Shown here piece by piece: positions 9,412 to 19,900 of a DNA stretch of 64,000 nt (its first letter is position 1; the number at the start of each line of letters is the position of its first letter). Origin of the DNA: Victivallales bacterium (lineage in GTDB: Bacteria; Verrucomicrobiota; Lentisphaeria; Victivallales; GWF2-38-69); the NCBI GenBank assembly GCA_036011305.1, contig DASCNA010000145.1, forward strand, positions 17,374 through 81,373, written 5' to 3'. The notes below the pieces were generated by a model that searched no databases, was not told the origin of the DNA, and was given only the letters and a program-made list of their open reading frames with translations. The translations under genes and the position numbers were made by a program.

Positions 9412-11496
9412 TTATTCGTTTCTTCTAAAAACAAAAATAGTTATATCATCAAAACGGCTGTTTTCTTCATAAGATGTAACTTCTTCAATAATTTTATCAA
9501 CAAGGCGCTGCGGTGAAAGGCTCTGATACCCTTCTATCAGATGAAATAAATTCTCTACTCCAAATTCAATATCTTCAGGTGAAACAGCTTCTGTTACACC
9601 GTCAGTGTAGCATAATATTTCTTCACCGGTGCGCAGTTCACCAGTACCGTTGAGAAATTTTTCATCATGCTCCACACCGATAGGTAGATTTCCTAAATTA
9701 CCGAAAGTTCGACATGGTTCATTATTATTTAATAAAACAGCATTATGGTGTCCGGCATTTGCATATATAAATTCCCCGGTTTTTATATCATAGAAATATA
9801 GAAATGCAGTAACAAACATACATTCCACATTATTAGTTGATAGAATTTTATTTGCTTTGTTGAATGCGGCTGCTGGGCTTTTTGATTTTATGCACGTATT
9901 TCTTAAAACTGTTTTGGCTAAAGTCATAAAAAAAGCTGCAGAAATTCCTTTTCCTGATACATCTGCAATAAGAATAGCTATTTTGTCTTTCTCTTCATTA
10001 AGATAGAAGAAATCAAAGAAATCACCAGCCGCATTTAGTGCCGGGAGAAGTTTTGCTGACAATGTGAATTCATTTCTTAAGTATTGATCTGTTACTTTAG
10101 GCAGAATTGATCTCTGTATGGAAACTGCTATTTTGATTTCATGTTCGAATTCTTTTCTGTTTTCAATTTCCTCTCTAAGTTCTTCTGTCTTTTCTTTAAC
10201 CTGATGATCCAGTGTATTGTTCCAGAGATTTAGTTTTGCTGCATATTTTTTCTTATTTGCATAAAGGAATAAGAAAAGTATTGACAGTATAAGTATGAGA
10301 GTTGCAATTATATATAAAAGTAGATTCCGCTTATCTATTGTATTAATTTTCTTAGTGGAAAGAAGCATATTTTTTTTAAGTACGTCAATTTGCATATTAC
10401 CATTTTGTGTCGCTAAAATAGTGGCGTTAGCAATATTGGCAGAGTCTAATATTTTATTTGCTCTTGTAAAGTAATCCTTTAGATAGTGATATGCTTTATT
10501 ATATTGTTTTTGGGCGCTATAATAATCAGAGAAAGCAAGATCCAGTTCTCTTGTATGAATTGCTATCTGTCCAATTTCATCATTTAGCTTTTTTGCTTCA
10601 GTCAGCTGTATGTATGCTTGTTTAAATTTTTTCTGTTTGATATAAATTTTACCTGAATACAGGTAGGCAATAAAGGAAATATATTTTGTATCTCTATTTT
10701 TATTAGCAACTTTACTGAAAAGTATTAATGCTTTGTCATATTCTTTAAGAGAGAAATATATACGCGCTGAAATTATATTAATCAAAATAGAAAAATCACT
10801 ATTATTCAGAACTTTGTTGATTTGTTTGCTTTCGTCAATTGCATTTTGTGCCTTGTCATATTTTTTTTCATCCAAGTTGATTAAAGCTTGATAGAATAGA
10901 ACATCTATTTTAAGTTCTTTATTTTTAGTTGATTCAGCAATTGCGTTTGCTGCGTTTAAATAATATGCTGCTTCTTTAAAATTATCCAGATTTCTATATA
11001 CATTGGCAATTGAAACATATATTTTTGCTTTCAAAAACGAATTATTGTTTAAATCTTTGTAGGCTGATAGAAAGTATTCAATAGATAAATAATTCTTACT
11101 GTAATCTTCATATATATTTCCTAAAATATATTTTGATTTTCCAATGGAGATTTTGTTCTTTGTTTTTACTCCTAAATTATATAGTTTCTCTGCATTAACC
11201 TTTGCATTTGCAAAATCTCCTGCCACTAAATAAAGTTCACTGAGTTTATAAAGTGTTTTTGCTTGGAGTTTGAGATTATCAGTTTGTTTTGATTTTTGCA
11301 GTACGAGTAGGTTATTATTAATATTTACAGTATTGTCATGCTTATTTAAATTATGGTGCGCTATTGTTGACTTAGCTTTATATATTAAACCCAAATCATG
11401 TTCATATCCTCTGCTGTATAAGTTTTCAGTTAAAGTAAATAGTAAACTAAAAATAATTAAAAAACTTAATGATTTTATTATTGAACGCCGCTTCAT
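9412..11496 (-). CDS. Membrane-anchored TPR-repeat protein with C-terminal SpoIIE/PP2C-type serine phosphatase domain
   Basis: N-terminal signal/anchor, then ~300 aa of TPR-like repeats (YY..A.....KA), a second TM, a coiled coil and a PP2C/SpoIIE core (GDFFDFFYL..ILIADVSGKGISAAFFM..YTDGVTEA). ATG at 11496 is preferred over TTG at 11508. Confidence 0.8.
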   Translation of the reverse strand: MKRRSIIKSLSFLIIFSLLFTLTENLYSRGYEHDLGLIYKAKSTIAHHNLNKHDNTVNINNNLLVLQKSKQTDNLKLQAKTLYKLSELYLVAGDFANAKVNAEKLYNLGVKTKNKISIGKSKYILGNIYEDYSKNYLSIEYFLSAYKDLNNNSFLKAKIYVSIANVYRNLDNFKEAAYYLNAANAIAESTKNKELKIDVLFYQALINLDEKKYDKAQNAIDESKQINKVLNNSDFSILINIISARIYFSLKEYDKALILFSKVANKNRDTKYISFIAYLYSGKIYIKQKKFKQAYIQLTEAKKLNDEIGQIAIHTRELDLAFSDYYSAQKQYNKAYHYLKDYFTRANKILDSANIANATILATQNGNMQIDVLKKNMLLSTKKINTIDKRNLLLYIIATLILILSILFLFLYANKKKYAAKLNLWNNTLDHQVKEKTEELREEIENRKEFEHEIKIAVSIQRSILPKVTDQYLRNEFTLSAKLLPALNAAGDFFDFFYLNEEKDKIAILIADVSGKGISAAFFMTLAKTVLRNTCIKSKSPAAAFNKANKILSTNNVECMFVTAFLYFYDIKTGEFIYANAGHHNAVLLNNNEPCRTFGNLGNLPIGVEHDEKFLNGTGELRTGEEILCYTDGVTEAVSPEDIEFGVENLFHLIEGYQSLSPQRLVDKIIEEVTSYEENSRFDDITIFVFRRNE

Positions 11497-11632
11497 AATT
11501 ATAAACAATTTTAATAATTTGTTTTTCTATATACAGTATATAATACATATGAAAACTAAAAGAATCAATAACCATCACCGTTTTACCCGTTAAGTAAAAT
11601 ATAACTGTTTTAATCTTATTTTTATGTCTGGT

Positions 11633-14359
11633 TTAAATCTTTTCTACCTTGCAAACAGTATATTTTAAAGCGGCTATTTTAGAGAATGGATCTTTCTCAC
11701 TTCTTGTTAGAGTATTTACCAACGCTTCATTAAAATGCCAAGCCATGAAAAGTTCGCCTGTTGAGACACCTGATGTGATTTTAGCTGCTACTTTAATTTC
11801 TCCCTGTCTGGAAGTTAGTTTCAGGATTTCATCATTTTTTATGTTTATGTTTTCTGCGTCAGATGGATTGATCAAAACACACGGTTTATTTACGAATTCA
11901 TTTAATGTATTGTTACGTCTTGACATAGTTGCAGAATGATACTGATAAAGAAGTCTTCCGCTATTGAGAATAAACGGATACTCTCTAGTAGGCTGTTCAT
12001 TCTGCGGAATATAGTCAACTGGAAATAATACAGCTTTACCGTTCGGTGTGTTAAATTTTTCTTTGAACAGAGTTGCTGTGCCGGGATCATCCTTTGATAA
12101 ACACGGCCACTGAATTTCTTCTTTAGTAATCCTGTCATATGAAATTCCTGCCATTATCGGAGTAGCTTTTGCAATTTCATCAAATATTGTACTTTCATTT
12201 TTAAAATTTCCGATAGATATTTTCATACGTTTCGCAATTTCAACAAGTATTTCCCAGTCAGCTTTACACAATCCCGGAGAGTCTACTGCTTTATTGATTT
12301 TCAGCACTCTTCTGTCGCTGCTGACAACTGAACCGTTTTTTTCTGCCAAAGCTGATGCTGGAAGAATAACATCAGCGTATTCTGTTGTAAGAGTAGGGAA
12401 AATATCAATAGCTACAAGAAAGTCAAGTTTATTAAAAGCTTCTCCAGTATGATTCAGGTTTGGGTCGGTATGCATAGGATTTTCACCCATTATTATCATG
12501 CCTTTGATCTCTTCTCTATGTGCTGCGTCTATGATTTCTATAGTAGAATATCCTACTTCAGAAGGTAAATCCTCTAATCTTACATCCCATAATTCAGCTA
12601 TTTTTTTCCGATTTTCTTCATCATTTGAATGAATATAACCTGGATAGAATATAGGAGAACAACCGACATCAGTTGCACCCTGTACATTGTTTTGTCCTCT
12701 CGGCGGGGCTATTCCTGCATTATCTTTACCGATTTGACCTGTAATAAGCATCATATTTAATAGTCCGTAAACATTATATGTGCCTGTTAGTTGCTGACTC
12801 ATCCCCATTCCTGTGGCAATAACTGCAGTTTTGGCAGAACCGTAGATTTCTGCGGCTTTAATGAGTTTTTCTTTTGCAACACCTGTAATTTTTTCAACAT
12901 ATTCAGGAGTGTATTTAGCAACAAGTTTTTTGAGCTCACCAAAGGCCTCCATGCCTCTTTCTACTCTGTTTTTAATAAAATTTTTATCAATAAAATTTTT
13001 ATTTATTATTACATGAACTAAACCGTTTTGAAGTGCTACATCTGTTCCTAGTTTTGCCTGAAGCCAGACATCGGCATATTTAACTAAAGGGGTCCATCTT
13101 GGATCAACAAGTATAATTTTATTGCCTTTTGCTTTACCTTTTTTTAAATATGTGGCGGTAACAGGATGAGTTTCTATCATATTACAACCTGTAACAAAAG
13201 TACATTCAGTATTTTCAAAATCCTGTATAGAGTTACTGCCTGCTCCGTCACCGATTGATTTCAGCATAGCAGTTACAGTTGATGCATGACAAAGCCTCGT
13301 ACAGTAATCCATGTTATTTGTACCGAAAACTATCCTGATAAATTTTTGAAAAATATAATTATCCTCGTTGGTACATCGTGCTGAAGCATATCCTGCCAAT
13401 GCATTACTGCCATATTTATTTTTTATTGATGTAAATTTTTCTGCAATTAGATTCAGTGCTTCATCCCAGTCGGCTTCTTCAAATTTACCGTTTCTTTTTA
13501 TCAATGGTGTAGTGAGACGTTCTTTGCTGTTAATGAAGTCATAACCGAAACGTCCTTTGACGCATAATCTTCCATTATTTGGCATAACATCGTGAATGCC
13601 TGTAGATCTTACTATTTTACCATTCTGTATCCAGTATTCCAATTGACAGCCTACTCCGCAGTAGGGACAGGTTGTTCTAACTTTTTTATTAATTTTATCA
13701 ATTCTGAGTTCATTCCTATGAGGTTTTTCAACGATAGCACCAGTAGGACACAACTGTACACATTCGCCGCAACCGTCACATTCAGATTCTTTCCAGTTAT
13801 CCAACCCTGCAATTATTCTGGAATCAATACCTCTCTCAGTGAAAGATAAAACCCTCTTGCCCTGTATTTCAGAACATGCTTTTATGCATCTGAAACATTT
13901 AATACATTTGGAGGAGTCATATGTTAGTACAGGAGAGCTGGTATCTTTTTCCTGTTTAATTGTTTTCCATATAGGTGGAAATTTTCTGTTTTCTTTTTTA
14001 TCCAGACCGTATTTTATGATCAAATCTTTCAACTCATCATAATACGAATTGTCACCTTCTTCATTATGTTCTGAAAGCAGATAGTCAAGAGTATGTTTTC
14101 TGGCATCTTCAATCTCTTCATCAAATGCAGTAACTTCCATACCGTCAGTTACATTAATACTGCAGGCAGGTACGAATCCTTTTTGACCTTTTATTTTAGT
14201 TATGCACAGTCTGCATGCACCGGTGGGAGTTAAATTTTTGTGATAACATAAGTTTGGTATGTCTATATTATTTTCCAGTGAAGCTTTCAGTAAATTATCA
14301 CCTTCATAGGTTCTTATTGATTTGCCGTCAATACTTATATTAACTTTTTTATTATTCAT
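11633..14359 (-). CDS. fdhA: Formate dehydrogenase catalytic (alpha) subunit, NuoG-like N-terminus, cysteine-type
   Basis: N-terminal 2Fe-2S (CYHKNLTPTGACRLC). 4Fe-4S motifs (CIKCFRCIKAC, CDGCGECVQLCPTGA). MopB cluster TTCPYCGVGC. Active-site context CTRLCHASTV has Cys where FdhF has Sec, with no in-frame TGA. Confidence 0.85.
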   Translation of the reverse strand: MNNKKVNISIDGKSIRTYEGDNLLKASLENNIDIPNLCYHKNLTPTGACRLCITKIKGQKGFVPACSINVTDGMEVTAFDEEIEDARKHTLDYLLSEHNEEGDNSYYDELKDLIIKYGLDKKENRKFPPIWKTIKQEKDTSSPVLTYDSSKCIKCFRCIKACSEIQGKRVLSFTERGIDSRIIAGLDNWKESECDGCGECVQLCPTGAIVEKPHRNELRIDKINKKVRTTCPYCGVGCQLEYWIQNGKIVRSTGIHDVMPNNGRLCVKGRFGYDFINSKERLTTPLIKRNGKFEEADWDEALNLIAEKFTSIKNKYGSNALAGYASARCTNEDNYIFQKFIRIVFGTNNMDYCTRLCHASTVTAMLKSIGDGAGSNSIQDFENTECTFVTGCNMIETHPVTATYLKKGKAKGNKIILVDPRWTPLVKYADVWLQAKLGTDVALQNGLVHVIINKNFIDKNFIKNRVERGMEAFGELKKLVAKYTPEYVEKITGVAKEKLIKAAEIYGSAKTAVIATGMGMSQQLTGTYNVYGLLNMMLITGQIGKDNAGIAPPRGQNNVQGATDVGCSPIFYPGYIHSNDEENRKKIAELWDVRLEDLPSEVGYSTIEIIDAAHREEIKGMIIMGENPMHTDPNLNHTGEAFNKLDFLVAIDIFPTLTTEYADVILPASALAEKNGSVVSSDRRVLKINKAVDSPGLCKADWEILVEIAKRMKISIGNFKNESTIFDEIAKATPIMAGISYDRITKEEIQWPCLSKDDPGTATLFKEKFNTPNGKAVLFPVDYIPQNEQPTREYPFILNSGRLLYQYHSATMSRRNNTLNEFVNKPCVLINPSDAENINIKNDEILKLTSRQGEIKVAAKITSGVSTGELFMAWHFNEALVNTLTRSEKDPFSKIAALKYTVCKVEKI

Positions 14360-14377
14360 ATCTGATATTACCTCGGC

Positions 14378-16129
14378 TTAATTGAGATTTAGAAGTTCAC
14401 TTTTAAAATAACGGATAGCACTTTTAACCGGCATGATAGGGGACTGTCCCAGTGGACAAAGTGAATTTTTAGCCATATACTCTGTCTCCTGAAGAAGAAT
14501 CTGAATATTCTTTTCTCTATCTTCTTTAATGTTTTTTATATCATCTAATATATTTAAAAGTTGTTTACAGCCGATTCTACATGGAGCGCATTTACCGCAC
14601 GATTCATGCTTGAAAAATTCCAGTATTGATTTTAATATATCAAAAATGTCAGAAAAGTTATTGAAAACTATGACCGCACCTGAACCTAGTACTGCACCTT
14701 TTTCTTTAAGTTCATCATATCCCATTTGTGTGTCAAGGAGAGTTGAGTCAACAAATGTTCCGGCTGCACCTCCCAGCAGTGCTCCTTTGAATTCTGTACC
14801 GTCTATAACTCCGCCGCCAAGTTTATTGATAAGATCTCTAATAGTAATACCAAATTCCACTTCATAGTAGCCAGGATTGTTTATATTTCCGCTTAGATTA
14901 AATATTTTTGTTCCTGTTGATTTTTCTGTACCAAGTTTGCTGTACCATTTTGGACCATTCTTAATAATCGCCGGAATGTTGGCTAATGTTTCAACATTAT
15001 TTACAAGTGTCGGTCTGTTAAAAAGTCCTTTTTCTGCAGGAAAGGGCGGTTTAATTCTCGGATAACCTCTTTTTCCTTCAAGTGATTCGAGAAGTGTCAG
15101 TTCTTCCCCGCATAGATAAGAACCTGCGCCTAACCTTACTTCAATATCAAAAGAGAAACCGCTTCCATAAATATTTTTACCCAGATAGCCATTATCATAA
15201 GCATCTGAAACAGCTTTTTTTATTCTTTGAATTGATAGAAAATATTCCCCCCTAATATACAAGTAACCTTTAGTTGCTCCGATGGAGTAAGCTGTTATCA
15301 ACATACCTTCTATCAGTAGGTGAGGATCGTTTTCCATTATAACTCTATCTTTAAAAGTACCCGGTTCACCTTCATCTGCATTGCATACGAGATATACATT
15401 CCTGTTTTCATCGGTTTCATTTTCCGCATAGCTGCTGGTAAATTTCATTTTTAAACCTGTAGAAAAACCTGCACCGCCTCTGCCTTTGAGGTTGGCTCCA
15501 ATAAAATTAGAAGATGCCAGTTCCTCAATTATATCTGAAGGTTTTAACTGCAGGGCTGATTGCAGAGCTTCGTATCCTCCCGCTGTTTTGTAATCATTGA
15601 TATTTTCAGGATCAATCCTTCCGATGTTTTTCAGAACTACTCTTTTTTCAAGATTAGAAACGGATATACTGTCATGCCGTGTTTTTATATCGTTAATAAG
15701 ATTGGCAATTTTACTTTCATCCATATTGCCGTGAACAGCCTGATTAATCATCATTACCGGAGATTCGTAGCAATGTCCAAGACACTCAGCTGTTTCAATG
15801 GAAAACAGTCCGTCTTTTGTAACTTCATTAACTGATATATTCAGTTTATCTTTTAGTATTTCAAGCAGGTATTTACTGCCTTTCATCCGGCATATAGGTG
15901 ATCTGCATACCCTGATTACATATTTTCCTCTGGGAGTTAAACTGAACATTGAATAATATTTAGCTACTCCGTAAATTTCGGCGTAAGTACTGTTTAAATA
16001 GTCGGCTGTTTCCATCAGGTCTTCTTCTTGAAGATAATTAGCTGGGTTATTATTTTGCAATTCATGAAGGATAAGAAGTAGATTATCCTTACGTTGAGCA
16101 AACTTTTTGAGTATTTCTTTTGAGTTCAT
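14378..16129 (-). CDS. NADH-binding flavoprotein, fused NuoE-like (2Fe-2S) and NuoF-like (FMN, 4Fe-4S) domains; diaphorase partner of FdhA
   Basis: NuoE-type Cys motifs (VCRSPIC...ECLGHC), the NuoF FMN/NADH motif GRGGAGFSTGLKM and the 4Fe-4S motif ESCGKCAPCR. There is an 18-bp gap to fdhA, with GAGGT ahead of its ATG. Confidence 0.85.
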   Translation of the reverse strand: MNSKEILKKFAQRKDNLLLILHELQNNNPANYLQEEDLMETADYLNSTYAEIYGVAKYYSMFSLTPRGKYVIRVCRSPICRMKGSKYLLEILKDKLNISVNEVTKDGLFSIETAECLGHCYESPVMMINQAVHGNMDESKIANLINDIKTRHDSISVSNLEKRVVLKNIGRIDPENINDYKTAGGYEALQSALQLKPSDIIEELASSNFIGANLKGRGGAGFSTGLKMKFTSSYAENETDENRNVYLVCNADEGEPGTFKDRVIMENDPHLLIEGMLITAYSIGATKGYLYIRGEYFLSIQRIKKAVSDAYDNGYLGKNIYGSGFSFDIEVRLGAGSYLCGEELTLLESLEGKRGYPRIKPPFPAEKGLFNRPTLVNNVETLANIPAIIKNGPKWYSKLGTEKSTGTKIFNLSGNINNPGYYEVEFGITIRDLINKLGGGVIDGTEFKGALLGGAAGTFVDSTLLDTQMGYDELKEKGAVLGSGAVIVFNNFSDIFDILKSILEFFKHESCGKCAPCRIGCKQLLNILDDIKNIKEDREKNIQILLQETEYMAKNSLCPLGQSPIMPVKSAIRYFKSELLNLN

Positions 16130-16280
16130 GATTTTCTCTCTATGTTGAAATATGGATAGGTTAGGATGCTTATGCCATTATTGTTTCATAACATTTTAAA
16201 CTAAAGTTTATTATACGATTCTCTAGCCTATAATACGTGTTTGATTGTCTATAAATATAACTTTTGAATAAAAATTTAAT

Positions 16281-17735
16281 TTATTTTTTTTTGTCGGATA
16301 AGTGTTTTCTTTCAAGCCTGGTAATTAATCCGATATAGTTACTTTTCGGGAGAATAACTGTTCTTGAAATTAAGGTATTAATTTTACCATTCTGATTTTT
16401 TGCATTTAGACTGAATCTGAGTTTTTCATGAGCAGAGTTTAATAATATGTTTTTAAATTCACCTTTGCTTTCTTCAGTCAGAATATCATTGAACTTCATT
16501 TGTGAATTCATCATCTGTTTATGATTTAAACCAAGTTTTTCTACAGACTCAGAAACATAAATAATTCTGAGTTCAGGTGTCAGAAGCCAAGTAATAGAGT
16601 GTGTATCTGATATAGCCAGTTCTAATAGTTTAATGATATCATCTATCTTTTTCCGTTCAGTAATATCTATTGAAAGTGTTAGAGCACAATCTTTTCCCAT
16701 TATTTTTTTATCAGGGAAAGCATAGCGTGTTTCCACCCATCTTAGCTCCCCATTGGGCTTTAAAATTCTATAACTTCTTACTTTAGGCCATGAATTTGTT
16801 TCTCTGTATTTTAATTGCTCTTCTCTATCGTCGGGATGGATACAATTATCCATCCAGTAACCGGGACCGTATTTAAAGAATGTTTCAGAAGAGTAACCAA
16901 ATAATTTTTCTTTAGCCTTATTCATAAATAGATATTTCTTATTTACTACATCGGTAACTGTTAAAGCTTCAGTCATGTAATTAACATTAGCTTCGAGAAG
17001 CTCTCTTATGGATTGTGCTTTTTTTCTGTCTGTTATATCTAAAAAACTTCCTGTAAGTCCGGCAATTTTTCCATCAGTATCAAAAATAGGAATTTTTGAG
17101 ATTAGTGCCCATTGCTTTTTTCTTGTACCGGGAATACAGCCTTCAGCTTTAAGTATCGGTTTTCCTGTCAGAAGCACATTATAATCTTCTTCATGGTTTT
17201 GTTTGGCTTCACTAACCGGATAAAAATCTTCATCTGTTTTGCCAAGTACTTTGTAGGTTGTTGATAGTGACAGTGATTCATGAAAAGCATGGTTTGCTGT
17301 TATGTATTTTAAATTTTTATCTTTTACATAAAAAATAGAGTGCATAGAACCAAGGAGAGATTTTATTACAATATTTGCCTGGCGCAGTTCTCTTTGCTGT
17401 TTTTTTATTTTATTTATCAGATCATTTTCCTGTTCCTGTATCTGTTTGTCTGTAATATCTGATAAAGAAATCCAGGATTCAATTACATCAGAGAATTGTT
17501 TTTGTGAAGCCGGATATCCTGGCTGAAGATCAGATATTTCATCAGCTCTGACATTTAAAGCCTGTGCTAGAAGTCTAATTTTAATTTCTGATGGCGTGCG
17601 CTGACCTGATTCCCATACACCTAGAGTTTTTCGTGTTATACCGAGTTTTTCTGCAACCAGAGCCATTGATAGTTTATTATGTTTTCGGAGTTTTTTAAAA
17701 ACATCATTATAAAATTCCATTAAAAGTCTTCCCAT
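16281..17735 (-). CDS. XRE-family HTH transcriptional regulator fused to multiple PAS domains
   Basis: N-terminal HTH_XRE (LSMALVAEKLGITRKTLGVWESGQRTPS), a coiled coil, then about three PAS-like repeats (ITDRKKA, ITERKK junctions). An alternative start exists at 17720. Confidence 0.75.
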   Translation of the reverse strand: MGRLLMEFYNDVFKKLRKHNKLSMALVAEKLGITRKTLGVWESGQRTPSEIKIRLLAQALNVRADEISDLQPGYPASQKQFSDVIESWISLSDITDKQIQEQENDLINKIKKQQRELRQANIVIKSLLGSMHSIFYVKDKNLKYITANHAFHESLSLSTTYKVLGKTDEDFYPVSEAKQNHEEDYNVLLTGKPILKAEGCIPGTRKKQWALISKIPIFDTDGKIAGLTGSFLDITDRKKAQSIRELLEANVNYMTEALTVTDVVNKKYLFMNKAKEKLFGYSSETFFKYGPGYWMDNCIHPDDREEQLKYRETNSWPKVRSYRILKPNGELRWVETRYAFPDKKIMGKDCALTLSIDITERKKIDDIIKLLELAISDTHSITWLLTPELRIIYVSESVEKLGLNHKQMMNSQMKFNDILTEESKGEFKNILLNSAHEKLRFSLNAKNQNGKINTLISRTVILPKSNYIGLITRLERKHLSDKKK

Positions 17736-17763
17736 ATAAAATGCTTAAAGTATACATAATAAT

Positions 17764-17777
17764 GTGTAAAATTACAC
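17764..17777. promoter_or_regulatory. Candidate operator palindrome in divergent intergenic region
   Basis: GTGTAA-AA-TTACAC has 6-bp inverted arms. It lies between the XRE-PAS regulator gene (-) and the IolD-like cluster (+). Seen by eye only. Confidence 0.2.
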
Positions 17778-17900
17778 TTTATATGTAATTTATCAAATAA
17801 AGTTAGTCTTTTAATTATACTCATTATCTACAGTCTGTAATTTTAAAGATGTAAAAGGAATATTAGTTTTATTACAATTTATTTTCACCGGGAGGGAATA

Positions 17901-19805
17901 ATGCAGCTTGTCGATTATCAGAAAATTGTAAATGATCGTTCAGCAAGAGCCAAATTGATTTCAGATTGCGGAAGTATTGAAAATGCTTTAGAGTCAGGGA
18001 AATTACCGAAATATTCAGATATTACTCTTTCAGAAGCTATAGTTTTAGGTTTGTTGAGGCAGGAAGTTAAAAGTTACATAAGTGTATTTGGGCATGGATC
18101 AACAGAAGTTGGTGAAGTGCTTCGAGTTTATGAACAGGAAGGTCTTATTAAAACATATTGCGTGAAAAATGAAATCGAAGCTTCCCATGCAGCAACTGCA
18201 TTAAGATGGGTAACAGGAGAAAAGGCTGCTGTCATTACTTCAATTGGGCCAGGAGCCATGCAGGCATTGGCGGCTTCTTTAGTCCCAATATCAGACGGTA
18301 TAGGTGTCTGGTATCTATTTGGAGATGAGACTACAGAAAATGAAGGATATAACATGCAGCAGATACCCAGAGATGAGCAGTATCTGTTCTTGAAAATGGC
18401 GAGTAACGTTGGTAATTCATACAGTTTGTATACTCCAGGTGCTGTAACCAGTGCTTTAAGAAAAGGTTTAAATACTGTAGATCATCCACATCGTGCAGGC
18501 GCATTTTTTATGCTTATGCCTATGAATACACAGTGTGAAATGATTGAATCATTTAATTTAGATGAACTTCCTGTCGGTAATCCTCCTGCTTTAGGTACTA
18601 GTACAGATAACAACAGATTTGAAAAAGCTGTTGAATTAATACAGAACTCTTCGAAAATTTTACTAAGAGTTGGCGGTGGTGCAAGAAAAGCCGGTAGAGA
18701 AATAGAAAAAACTTTAGATTTAGTGGATGGTGTTGCTATAACCAGTCCTTTGGTGTCCGGTGTTATTCCTTATAATCACCCAAGAAACTTGACTATTGCA
18801 GGTTCCAAAGGAAGTCTTTGCGGTAACTATTCTATGGATAACGCAGATCTTTTAATATCATTGGGATCAAGATCCGTCTGTCAATCTGACAGTAGCAGAA
18901 CTGCTTATCCAAATGTAAAAAATATTATAAACATAAATGCAGATATTGATTCTGCTACACATTATAACAAAACAGTTGCGATTGTAGGTGACGTAACAGA
19001 AACACTGAAAAAACTAAATGCATTACTGGAAGATAAAAAACTAAATAAAGGGGCTGTTAAATCTGAGTGGTTTACGGCCTGTTCTAATAAAAAAGCTGAA
19101 TGGATTTCATTTAAAGCTGAACGCTATTATACTCCTTGCCTTTTTGATAAAATATGGAAAAAAGATGTAATGACTCAACCTGCTGCATTGGAAATTGCTA
19201 CTAAGTGGGCAAGAAATAATGATTCTGTATCTTTCTTTGATGCAGGAGATGTACAAGCTAATGGTTTTCAGGCAGTCGAAGATGATAAATTAGGTAGAAC
19301 TTTTACTGATACCGGTGCCAGTTATATGGGATTTTCCACATCTGCACTTCTTGCCACTGCTATTTCTTCTAAACCATTTTATGGATTAGCATTCACTGGA
19401 GACGGATCTTTTGTAATGAATCCTCAGGTACTGATTGACGGTACCCAGCATGGTGCTAAGGGCTGTGTCATATTGATGGATAATAGAAGAATGGGTGCTA
19501 TTTCAAGTCTTCAGCATGCACAGTTCGGAGAGGAAAATGATTATGCTACTAATGATTCTGTAGAAGTTGATTATGTTGCTTGGGCTAATGCAATAAAAGG
19601 AGTAAAAGGTATCTTCGGCGGTTATACACCTGAAGAATTCAAAAAGGCATTAAATGATGCTAAAACTCATGATGGCATAAGCTTAATTCATTTACCGGTT
19701 TATTTTGGACTTAATCCGCTTGGTGGGTTAGGTGTATTCGGCAGATGGAATGTAGGCAACTGGTGTGATGATGTTCAGAAAATGAGACATAAAATAGGTC
19801 TTTAA
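17901..19805 (+). CDS. Thiamine-diphosphate-dependent enzyme, IolD-like (acetolactate-synthase superfamily)
   Basis: 634 aa. FGHGS, KNEIEASHAA (ThDP-activating Glu context as in IolD), SIGPGA and the ThDP/Mg motif GDGSFVMNPQ. Strong SD (GGGAGGG). Confidence 0.7.
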   Translation: MQLVDYQKIVNDRSARAKLISDCGSIENALESGKLPKYSDITLSEAIVLGLLRQEVKSYISVFGHGSTEVGEVLRVYEQEGLIKTYCVKNEIEASHAATALRWVTGEKAAVITSIGPGAMQALAASLVPISDGIGVWYLFGDETTENEGYNMQQIPRDEQYLFLKMASNVGNSYSLYTPGAVTSALRKGLNTVDHPHRAGAFFMLMPMNTQCEMIESFNLDELPVGNPPALGTSTDNNRFEKAVELIQNSSKILLRVGGGARKAGREIEKTLDLVDGVAITSPLVSGVIPYNHPRNLTIAGSKGSLCGNYSMDNADLLISLGSRSVCQSDSSRTAYPNVKNIININADIDSATHYNKTVAIVGDVTETLKKLNALLEDKKLNKGAVKSEWFTACSNKKAEWISFKAERYYTPCLFDKIWKKDVMTQPAALEIATKWARNNDSVSFFDAGDVQANGFQAVEDDKLGRTFTDTGASYMGFSTSALLATAISSKPFYGLAFTGDGSFVMNPQVLIDGTQHGAKGCVILMDNRRMGAISSLQHAQFGEENDYATNDSVEVDYVAWANAIKGVKGIFGGYTPEEFKKALNDAKTHDGISLIHLPVYFGLNPLGGLGVFGRWNVGNWCDDVQKMRHKIGL

Positions 19806-19900
19806 GGAACAATGTTCGTTTAGTATAGAGGGTAGAGGATTTAGTGTATGGAAGAGATATTTAATGTTATATGTCAAGCGCTAAATTAAGAGAGATTATA

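Noticed and set aside
11633-14359. Selenocysteine (TGA recoding) in the formate dehydrogenase.
   Set aside because: The ORF is uninterrupted and the active-site position is encoded as Cys (RLCHAS). There is no in-frame TGA or SECIS-like need.
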